Shown here piece after piece: positions 1 to 8,058 of a stretch of DNA of 64,000 nucleotides. The stretch spans positions 11,123 through 75,122 of the forward strand of contig CAMCTV010000001.1 in NCBI GenBank assembly GCA_945878635.1, written 5' to 3'. The notes below the pieces were generated by a model. It saw only the letters and a program-made list of their open reading frames with translations. It searched no databases and was not told the origin of the DNA. The position numbers and the translations under genes were made by a program. How positions within the stretch are numbered: the stretch's first letter is position 1; each line of letters starts with the position of its first letter. Source of the DNA: Chryseobacterium gleum (lineage in GTDB: Bacteria > Bacteroidota > Bacteroidia > Flavobacteriales_D > Sanyastnellaceae).

Positions 1-144
1 GAAATTGCCGATAAATTGGGCATTGACACCCGCACAGTGGAAACCCACCGCCGAAACATCATTGAAAAAACACCTGCAAAAAACATGTTTGGCGCCGTTC
101 TCTGGGGAATCAAAGAAGGTTATATCAACAATCACTTTGAGTAA
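1..144 (+). CDS. 3' end of a LuxR/GerE-type HTH regulator (N-terminus outside window)
   Basis: Frame 1 reads EIADKLGIDTRTVETHRRNIIEKTPAKNMFGAVLWGIKEGYINNHFE with TAA at 142-144. The T-V-x-THRxNI helix is the LuxR/GerE recognition-helix signature. Confidence 0.7.
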   Translation, partial: EIADKLGIDTRTVETHRRNIIEKTPAKNMFGAVLWGIKEGYINNHFE

Positions 145-510
145 TTAATCTCTAACGATCCAGCGAAAATTAGATCGAAAAACGCTGTTCCCATAACTCA
201 CCAAATAAATACCTGGCTTGGGTACATGCCCTTGAATGCGGATGCGCCCACCCTCCTGGACTGCTGAAATCCCCTTGATCTCTTTCCCATTGGCATCAAA
301 TACAACTATCCACCAATCATTTCCCAAACAAGTTCCCAACTCGATAAAAACATCCTGCCCAGGAAGAGAAGGATTGGGAAACAACATATGACCTTGCGCT
401 TCGAAATTCAATCCAGCATGGAAAAGAAGTGATTCACCTGTTTTGTCTTGAGCTTGAGTACTAGTCAATGCATTCAGCATAAATAATAAAATCAACAAGG
501 TATTTTTCAT
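145..510 (-). CDS. Small secreted protein: signal peptide plus T9SS (Por) C-terminal sorting domain only
   Basis: N-terminal MKNTLLILLFMLNALTSTQAQ signal peptide. 'LFPNPS...VFIEL...VVFDANGKEI...PGIYLVSY' matches the T9SS type A CTD pattern (FPNP ... D..GK ... GxY). Confidence 0.6.
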   Translation of the reverse strand: MKNTLLILLFMLNALTSTQAQDKTGESLLFHAGLNFEAQGHMLFPNPSLPGQDVFIELGTCLGNDWWIVVFDANGKEIKGISAVQEGGRIRIQGHVPKPGIYLVSYGNSVFRSNFRWIVRD

Positions 511-568
511 GGGTTAAAAATCTATCAACATGTTGAAATCTGGCTCAGTAATTTCCCGGACTTCAATA

Positions 569-576
569 TATCTTTG
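569..576 (+). promoter_or_regulatory. Candidate Bacteroidota -7 promoter box TATCTTTG (TAnnTTTG) upstream of dnaG
   Basis: Exact TAnnTTTG match 6 nt before the dnaG ATG at 583. The TTG of this box is what the ORF track used as an alternative start at 574. Confidence 0.3.
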
Positions 577-582
577 AGAGGT

Positions 583-2568
583 ATGATTTCAAGAAGCACC
601 ATAGACCTAATTTATCAAGCAGCATTGATTGAAGATGTTGTTGGAGAGTTTGTAGCTTTAAAGAAATCGGGGAAATCTTACAAAGGGCTTTCCCCCTTCA
701 GCAGTGAAAGAACCCCCTCTTTTTATGTGGTTCCCACCAAAGGAATTTACAAAGATTTCTCTTCCGGAAAAGGAGGCAATGTCGTGGATTTCCTCATGCA
801 GCATCAAAAGCTCACCTATCCGGAAGCGCTAAGGTGGTTGGCGCAGAAATACAATATCCCCATTGAAGAAACGGAGGACAATGAGCAACAAAAAGAAGAA
901 AAATCAGAACGTGAGCAACTTTCCCGCGTTGTAGAATATGCCAATACTTGGTTCCAAAATCAATTGCATGAAACGGAGACCGGGCAGAATATTGGATTGT
1001 CATACTTTGAGCAAAGAGGATTTAGAAATGACACCTTAACCAAGTTTCAATTGGGATTTGCCCCTGCCGGTTGGGAAAACCTCAAGAAAGCAGCCTTGGC
1101 TGCGGGATACAACACCCAATATCTTGTCAAAGCAGGCCTTCTCAAGGAGAAGGAAAATGAAAATGCGGGACAAGATGCTGAAAACGATGAGCCCAACCGA
1201 ACCTATGACGCATTCAGGGATCGGGTCATGTTTCCTATCCATTCAGAATCAGGAAAAGTAATTGCCTTTGCGGGCAGAACGTTACAAGCTGATTTAAAAG
1301 GAGCCAAATACATTAATAGCCCTGAGAGTGAATTGTTCCACAAGAGCGACATTCTGTACGGTATGCATTTGGCCAAAAACACCATCGTCAAAGAAAATGT
1401 CTGCTACCTGGTAGAGGGCTATACGGATGTGATTTCGATGCACCAAGCTGGCGTATCCAATGTTGTTGCATCATGTGGTACAAGCTTAACGGAAGGACAT
1501 ATTAAAAAAATAATCCGATACACCAAGAACATTACTGTATTATTTGATGGCGATGCTGCAGGAATCAAAGCAAGCTTGAGAAGCATTGAGATGATCCTTA
1601 AACAAGGTATGAACGTGCGCGTGGTGCTCTTTCCTGATGGAGATGATCCTGATAGCTTTGCCAGAAAACACGACAGTGATTACATACAAGATTTTCTCAC
1701 CAAAAACGCTACCGATTTTGTTCGTTTCAAAACCAATCTCCTCCTTGAGGAAGCTGGAAAGGATCCTTTGAAACGGGCTGAACTCATTAAAGATATTATT
1801 CTTTCCATATCCATCATTCCTGATGTGATACAAAGAGAAGTATACATCCAAGAGTGCAGTCAATTGCTCAATGTATCACAGGAAAGCTTGATTCTTCAAT
1901 TGAATCAAACCTTAAGAAAACAAAAAGTTCCGGCCTCAGACCTCGCGCAAATTCAGCAAGCGGATTCCGTCATCAACCATGATCAAAGTAATACCATTCC
2001 AATCCCTGAATTTTACACCTACTTTCAAGAAAGGGATATTGTGAGATTATTGCTCACGTATGGCGATTATGAGATACAAATCAATGTTGTCAATGAAGAC
2101 AACGAAGATGTTCAAACAGGGGTTTCATTGGCCGAGTTTGTGATGACCAATATCGAGCAAGATCAATTGCAATTTGAAGAACCCAGATACCGTGAAATCT
2201 ACCGCCAATACACGCAATTCATACAAGAACTCACCTATCCAGAGCTCAAACATTTCACCTACCACGACAACAATGAAATCAGCCAATCTGTAACAGATTT
2301 GATTGCATCGAAATATGAAATCAGCAAAAATTGGGCTGTTCATCACATTTACATAGAGACCGAAGAAAAAAACCTGAGAAAGGCTGCTTTGGATGCTGTA
2401 AACCGCCTGAAATTAGCCAAAATAAAAAAGCTGCAAGATGAGATTGTTCAGCAAATACAGGAGCAAATAGAACACACCGAAATAACCGACCAATTGCTTT
2501 CCGATAAAATAAAACTGGAAATGGCAAAAGCCAAATTGGCCGAATACTTTGGATCTGTTATTCTTTAA
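583..2568 (+). CDS. dnaG: DNA primase DnaG
   Basis: ATG at 583 gives the MISRSTIDLIYQAALIEDVVGEFV N-terminus typical of DnaG. TOPRIM motifs are present (LVEGYTDVISMHQAG, LFDGDAAG). The N-terminal 'GLSPFSSERTPSF...KDFSSGKGGN' aligns to the zinc-ribbon region but lacks Cys/His. Confidence 0.95.
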   Translation: MISRSTIDLIYQAALIEDVVGEFVALKKSGKSYKGLSPFSSERTPSFYVVPTKGIYKDFSSGKGGNVVDFLMQHQKLTYPEALRWLAQKYNIPIEETEDNEQQKEEKSEREQLSRVVEYANTWFQNQLHETETGQNIGLSYFEQRGFRNDTLTKFQLGFAPAGWENLKKAALAAGYNTQYLVKAGLLKEKENENAGQDAENDEPNRTYDAFRDRVMFPIHSESGKVIAFAGRTLQADLKGAKYINSPESELFHKSDILYGMHLAKNTIVKENVCYLVEGYTDVISMHQAGVSNVVASCGTSLTEGHIKKIIRYTKNITVLFDGDAAGIKASLRSIEMILKQGMNVRVVLFPDGDDPDSFARKHDSDYIQDFLTKNATDFVRFKTNLLLEEAGKDPLKRAELIKDIILSISIIPDVIQREVYIQECSQLLNVSQESLILQLNQTLRKQKVPASDLAQIQQADSVINHDQSNTIPIPEFYTYFQERDIVRLLLTYGDYEIQINVVNEDNEDVQTGVSLAEFVMTNIEQDQLQFEEPRYREIYRQYTQFIQELTYPELKHFTYHDNNEISQSVTDLIASKYEISKNWAVHHIYIETEEKNLRKAALDAVNRLKLAKIKKLQDEIVQQIQEQIEHTEITDQLLSDKIKLEMAKAKLAEYFGSVIL

Positions 2569-3799
2569 TTGGGGCAATTCGCACCAACCAATTAGCGTTG
2601 TTCTTTACAACAACTACACCTACCTCCCTTGGATACATCAATGGTTTCAAACCAAACTGAGACAAACCAGGATATTGCCCAAATACTCCTTGAAAAACAG
2701 AATACCTGCTATCCGAGAAGCCACTGAAATCAGACTGCCAAGACATAGTTGAAGTATCACCAATGGCACGGTAAATAGACAAACTATCATCCGATATAAA
2801 AATTCTTTGTCCCCGTTTGGACATGTACCTTGGCACCAAAGGAAAAGCTGACTCAGCGAGAATCGGCATCCATTCGGGATGTTCTACAGCAATTACTTTG
2901 GAGGATGTATCCTTCATAAAAGCCAACATCGCCTTCCAAGGATTCTTGGCAAATACTTGACTACCCACCCAATGTGTACCATCATAGGTTTGAAATTTCC
3001 ATTGATCATTTTGCCAACTCACCCATGACTCCAATACATTGCATTGGCACAAAGTATCCAATGAAAATACACGTCTTTTCATTTCATCGCGCGCTAATAA
3101 AACGTGAGGGTCAGAACTCAACATCACCGAACTCAAAGCGCTCCCAACAATAGAGTCTTCCATTAAAACCGCTTGGTGATTGGCAAGCCATTTGGAATCT
3201 TCTACAAAACCTACCCACTCACCTTTGTTGTAATCCAATGCAATTTTTGATTCGGCAGATATACCTACAAATCCGAAAGGAGCATTGCCGTCACATTTGG
3301 CCAAAACATTTCTCCACAATGCAATATTCTCTTCATCCAATAGTCTCCATCCTTGTGTGTTTATTGAATGACTGCTCCAAACCAAACAAGACTCCCATTG
3401 CAACAAATTAGGAATACCGGACATCAAACGCTCCAACTGTTCCTCACTCCATCGATCTGGAATAGGCAAGAATAAATACCATCCGTCATCTTTCAATCGA
3501 ACCCAATAAGCACTCTGCCCATTCATCAGATCTTTTACTATTGGATTCTCCGTTTTCCAATTCATCCACAAATTCCAATCTGCATAGAGTTCATCGTGCA
3601 TTGGCAAACTATCTTGACGCAAATAGTTCAAAAAAACATTACCGTCATTGACCTTAATAACGCCATCTGCATCAGTTGTAAGATTCTCAATAGGATCTGA
3701 TGTTGAACGGAGATACTTTTGAAAAACCCAGACATAATAAGCACAAGCACCCAAAATTAAAAAAACAAAAATCAATCGAAACAAAACCTTCCTTTGCAT
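2558..3799 (-). CDS. Hypothetical N-terminally membrane-anchored, Trp-rich protein
   Basis: 413-aa ORF with a single N-terminal TM helix (LFRLIFVFLILGACAYYVWVF). I recognise no motif. Its 3' end overlaps the dnaG 3' end by 11 nt. Confidence 0.6.
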   Translation of the reverse strand: MQRKVLFRLIFVFLILGACAYYVWVFQKYLRSTSDPIENLTTDADGVIKVNDGNVFLNYLRQDSLPMHDELYADWNLWMNWKTENPIVKDLMNGQSAYWVRLKDDGWYLFLPIPDRWSEEQLERLMSGIPNLLQWESCLVWSSHSINTQGWRLLDEENIALWRNVLAKCDGNAPFGFVGISAESKIALDYNKGEWVGFVEDSKWLANHQAVLMEDSIVGSALSSVMLSSDPHVLLARDEMKRRVFSLDTLCQCNVLESWVSWQNDQWKFQTYDGTHWVGSQVFAKNPWKAMLAFMKDTSSKVIAVEHPEWMPILAESAFPLVPRYMSKRGQRIFISDDSLSIYRAIGDTSTMSWQSDFSGFSDSRYSVFQGVFGQYPGLSQFGLKPLMYPREVGVVVVKNNANWLVRIAPIKE

Positions 3800-3882
3800 G
3801 ATATAAAATTAGTGCTTTACATTTTCAATATTGAAGACGTCTGATGGACTATTAAACAAGATTTTGTTCAGTATATTGGCCC

Positions 3883-6207
3883 ATGCAAAAGGTAAACCTG
3901 ATAATCATACTTTTCCTTTTCTTGGTCTCCACTTGTATTGGTCAATCATTGATTTCCATTGAAGTCAAAGACACTCAATTTGACAACCCTTTGGCATTTG
4001 TTTTCATGTCTGATTCACTCAGAACCAAAGGAGGACAAACAGACATTAATGGGAAAATTCAAATGCAGCTTTATCCTGGTGATTGTATTTATACACAACT
4101 CTATGGATATCAAGATCAAAAACATTTTTGGAAAGGTCAAAACCCCTGGATTCTGCATCTGGAAAGCAATCCACTGGTATTAAACGAACTCATTGTAAAA
4201 GTTAAAGATGATCCTGCAATGGGTGTCATCGCCAAAAGCTTAAAAAACGCGCCGCTGAACAATCCTGTCGACCAAATAGACTATCAATTTGAGCAATACT
4301 CCAAAATGATTGTTGATTTTGAGCGAATCGAAGGAAGTGAGCTCTCCAAAAAATTTGAAAACAAAAAGCTACTGCTTTCTGAAACAGTAAGCCTTCATCA
4401 ACACAGAGCCCCTGATCAAAACAAAGAAACCATTTTGGCCAATCAAATGAGTGGATTTGAATTTCCACAAAGCACCATTATCGGTTCGCAATTGCAAAGT
4501 TTTTCAGCCTATGAAGCAGACTTTCAGATTTTTGATCGTGTTCTCATTTCACCTATGGGACCTCGGGCTTTGGACCGCTATGAATACCGAATGCTGGATA
4601 CTTTACACAGCTTATCCGATTCCATCTTTGTCATTCATTTTCAACCCAAAAAAAGATTTCAATCTAACGGTATGAGCGGCGTTATTCACATCAAAACCCC
4701 CGAGTACGCTCTTGTTCTTTTATCCGCAGAACCTTATGAAAAGGAGTCTTCTTTTTATATTAAAATACAACAAAATATGGAAAAGAAATACAACTTTTTT
4801 TTCCCGTTGGAAATGAACTCCTACTATAAACTCACCCAAAATACACCACAAATTTTTGGAGAGATCCAGACCACATTCAATCACATAGACCTCAGAAACT
4901 TCACAGCCAAAGATTTTGATGCCGTAGAATTTGATTTTCCCAAATCAGCCAATGATGTTACTGAATCGTCATGGGAAAAAATCAGGTATCAGCCGTTGTC
5001 GAAAGAAGAAAAAAACACCTATATCTTCATGGACAGTTTGGGTAAAGCCAACCATCTTGACGCCAAAGTAAATCGATTGACCAACCTATTCAAAGGGCAA
5101 ATTAAAATAGGGAAGGTAAATTGGGATTTGTTTCACTTGTATCGATTCAATCGCTTTGAAGGTAGTCGACTCGGGCTCTCACTTTCTACTAATGAACAGT
5201 TTCACCCGCATTGGCAAATTGATGGACTGGCCGCCTATGGATTTCGAGATCATCAAAGCAAATGGGGATTGGGTGCTGGTTGGAAATCAACCGACAACCG
5301 CATTCAATTCAGAATGGGATACACCGATGATGTTCAAGAGAGTGGAAGCAATCCAATTCCACAGGATCAAAAAAACATCAACCAGCAAGTCTATGAATTT
5401 TTCATTACCAAAATGGATTATGTCAAAGGATACAACTTTGATGTTCAATTTCCTTTGGCCAATTCCATTCAATTGCGCTACATCCAATCTCATTTGAACA
5501 AAACTCCACATCCCAGCTTTTCTTTTTCTCAGGAAAACGCTCAATACCAATTGACATCCAATAAAATTTTCTTGCGTTGGTCTCCAGGAGAAAAAAGAAG
5601 AAGAATATTGGGAAAAGAAATCACCCTAACGGGATATTGGCCAGTATTTCAATGGGGATATACATCAGGCTCCATCAATCATCAACAAAATTTCATCCGA
5701 CAGCAATTCGAGGTAGAGAAAACCTTTCACTCTGCCTATTGGGGAGATTTAAAAATCAAAGGCGAATGGGGAAAAAACATTCATGTCCTGCCCTTCAATG
5801 AGCTAAGCGCACTCAGGGGATCATGGAATAATGACATCAAAATAAACCTATCCGTCCCCTCTACTTTTGAAACAGCCCTCAACAATGCCTGGTACGCGAG
5901 AACCTATACCCATTTTTATCTGCGGTACAAATGGAAAACTCCGCTCTATCAACATCCACAATCAGCCCCAAAAATAACCACCATATTCAATGCTGGTTGG
6001 GGACGATTGAGTGCGTTGGATCAAGCTATCGAGGGTGTGCGCGACTATCCCAAAGGTTTCTATGAAACCGGAATAGCTGTCAATGATCTATTGATTTCCG
6101 CCAGTGGTGGTTTAGGGATAGGATGCTACACCAGACTGGGCCAATACAGCGAAATATCATATCAAAAAAATATCGTTTTCAAAATCGCCACCAATTTCTT
6201 GTTTTAA
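3883..6207 (+). CDS. Outer-membrane protein with N-terminal carboxypeptidase-regulatory-like domain (DUF5686-like)
   Basis: Signal peptide, then 'ISIEVKDTQFDNPLAFVFM...GGQTDINGKIQMQL' (CarboxypepD_reg pattern). The long Tyr/Gly/aromatic-rich C-terminal part ends in F, consistent with a beta-barrel. Confidence 0.6.
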   Translation: MQKVNLIIILFLFLVSTCIGQSLISIEVKDTQFDNPLAFVFMSDSLRTKGGQTDINGKIQMQLYPGDCIYTQLYGYQDQKHFWKGQNPWILHLESNPLVLNELIVKVKDDPAMGVIAKSLKNAPLNNPVDQIDYQFEQYSKMIVDFERIEGSELSKKFENKKLLLSETVSLHQHRAPDQNKETILANQMSGFEFPQSTIIGSQLQSFSAYEADFQIFDRVLISPMGPRALDRYEYRMLDTLHSLSDSIFVIHFQPKKRFQSNGMSGVIHIKTPEYALVLLSAEPYEKESSFYIKIQQNMEKKYNFFFPLEMNSYYKLTQNTPQIFGEIQTTFNHIDLRNFTAKDFDAVEFDFPKSANDVTESSWEKIRYQPLSKEEKNTYIFMDSLGKANHLDAKVNRLTNLFKGQIKIGKVNWDLFHLYRFNRFEGSRLGLSLSTNEQFHPHWQIDGLAAYGFRDHQSKWGLGAGWKSTDNRIQFRMGYTDDVQESGSNPIPQDQKNINQQVYEFFITKMDYVKGYNFDVQFPLANSIQLRYIQSHLNKTPHPSFSFSQENAQYQLTSNKIFLRWSPGEKRRRILGKEITLTGYWPVFQWGYTSGSINHQQNFIRQQFEVEKTFHSAYWGDLKIKGEWGKNIHVLPFNELSALRGSWNNDIKINLSVPSTFETALNNAWYARTYTHFYLRYKWKTPLYQHPQSAPKITTIFNAGWGRLSALDQAIEGVRDYPKGFYETGIAVNDLLISASGGLGIGCYTRLGQYSEISYQKNIVFKIATNFLF

Positions 6208-6241
6208 TCCTGCCTTTTATCCGTTGGTTTGAGGAATCCTT

Positions 6242-6907
6242 TTGTATCTTTCCCTCGTGGAAATTTTTGATTTTATTGGAAGTCTTTTCAATCCTGAAAG
6301 TATCATCCATTTTGGAGGTATAGCCTTGTTGCTGGTCATCATCTTCGCTGAAAACGGTTTAATCATCGGTTTTTTCCTTCCCGGTGATTCGCTGCTTTTT
6401 CTATCTGGTTTGATTTGTGCTACGCAGCCCGAACTGCTGGGTGTGACGGTTGAACAACTCATGCTATACCTTTTCATCTTTGCCTGCTTAGGGAGCACGT
6501 TCGGATATTGGTTCGGTTATCACTTTGGCAAAAAAGCACTGGATCGCAAAGAAACTTGGTTATTTAAAAGGAAATATGTCGACATGACCACCGACTTTTA
6601 TCACAGACATGGTGGAAAGACATTGATACTTGGACGATACCTTCCCATCATCCGCACCTTTGCACCGATTTTGGCAGGAGTAATCAAGGTGAAATTCAAA
6701 ACCTTCATGTTCTATAACCTACTGGGTGGCGCAATGTGGATTGGAACCATTACCACCGCAGGCTATTATCTCGGACAATTTGAATTCATTAAAAACCACA
6801 TTGATCTTATCATTCTGGGTTTTGTTGTGGTGACCACGGGGGTGTTGGCCAATACATACATCCGACAGAAAAGAAGAAAAAACAATCAGCAAGATTCTCA
6901 ATCATGA
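6242..6907 (+). CDS. DedA/VTT-family membrane protein
   Basis: 'FLPGDSLLFLSGL', 'LGRYLPIIRTFAPILAGV' and multiple TM segments. The start is ambiguous (TTG 6242 or GTG 6257). Confidence 0.85.
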   Translation: MYLSLVEIFDFIGSLFNPESIIHFGGIALLLVIIFAENGLIIGFFLPGDSLLFLSGLICATQPELLGVTVEQLMLYLFIFACLGSTFGYWFGYHFGKKALDRKETWLFKRKYVDMTTDFYHRHGGKTLILGRYLPIIRTFAPILAGVIKVKFKTFMFYNLLGGAMWIGTITTAGYYLGQFEFIKNHIDLIILGFVVVTTGVLANTYIRQKRRKNNQQDSQS

Positions 6908-8058
6908 AATTTGGAACCAAGGCCATACATGCTGGCCAAAAGCCTGACCCCACAACTGGGGCCATAATGACACCCATTTATCAAACTTCAACCTACGTGC
7001 AATCTGCCCCTGGTCAACACAAGGGCTATGCGTATGCAAGAGGGAAAAATCCAACAAGAGTGGCTTTGGAAGATTGTTTGGCTGCTTTGGAAAATGCCAA
7101 ACATGGTCTATGCTTTTCAAGTGGAATGGGCGCTGCAGATGCCATCATCAAATTATTGCAACCTGGTGACGAAGTAATTGCTTCAGATGACTTGTATGGC
7201 GGGAGCTACCGCATGTTCACAAAAGTTTTTGCCAAATACGGCATTACTTTTCATTTTGTAGACATGCACGATGAGGTTGCCATAAAAAACAAAATCAATA
7301 CCCAAACAAAAATGATTTGGGTAGAAACACCAACCAATCCGATGATGAAAATCATTGACATCAAAAGAATGGTTGAGTTGGCGAAAATACATGAATGTGT
7401 GTGCGTCATTGACAACACTTTCGCCTCACCTTATCTTCAAAACCCCTTGGATATGGGTGCAGATATTGTGATGCACTCTGCTACAAAATATTTGGGTGGA
7501 CACAGTGATGTTGTCATGGGCGCTCTTTGCACCAATGATGACAGTTTACACGAACAATTGGCTTTCATCGCCAATTCTTGCGGAGCAACACCGGGACCTC
7601 AAGACAGCTTCTTGGTATTGCGTGGATTAAAGACCTTGCACATCCGCATGGAAAGACACTGCTCCAACGGGAAAGCTGTTGCACATTTCATACAAAACCA
7701 CCCTAAGATTGAAAAAGTATATTGGCCCGGATTCGAGAGCCATCCATACCATGAAGTGGCCAAAAGTCAAATGAAAGATTTTGGCGGAATGATTTCTTTC
7801 AGTTTGAAGAATGATTCTTTCGAGCAAGCATCAGTGTTGGCATGTGCGACAAAAGTTTTTTCATTGGCAGAATCTCTGGGAGGTGTAGAATCATTGATTG
7901 GACATCCAGCGAGCATGACCCATGCTTCGATTCCCAGAGAAGAGCGAATCAAAACAGGTATTACAGATTCCTTGTTGCGATTGAGTGTCGGGATTGAAGA
8001 TGAAGAAGATTTGATTGAGGATTTAAAACAAGCACTCGACAAAGTCGTTATTGCATGA
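6904..8058 (+). CDS. PLP-dependent transsulfuration enzyme (cystathionine beta-lyase / gamma-synthase / gamma-lyase family)
   Basis: 'MKFGTKAIHAGQ', the 'SATKYLGGHSD' PLP-lysine motif and 'ESLGGVESL' are Cys/Met-metabolism PLP family signatures. ATGA overlap with the DedA gene. Confidence 0.9.
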   Translation: MKFGTKAIHAGQKPDPTTGAIMTPIYQTSTYVQSAPGQHKGYAYARGKNPTRVALEDCLAALENAKHGLCFSSGMGAADAIIKLLQPGDEVIASDDLYGGSYRMFTKVFAKYGITFHFVDMHDEVAIKNKINTQTKMIWVETPTNPMMKIIDIKRMVELAKIHECVCVIDNTFASPYLQNPLDMGADIVMHSATKYLGGHSDVVMGALCTNDDSLHEQLAFIANSCGATPGPQDSFLVLRGLKTLHIRMERHCSNGKAVAHFIQNHPKIEKVYWPGFESHPYHEVAKSQMKDFGGMISFSLKNDSFEQASVLACATKVFSLAESLGGVESLIGHPASMTHASIPREERIKTGITDSLLRLSVGIEDEEDLIEDLKQALDKVVIA

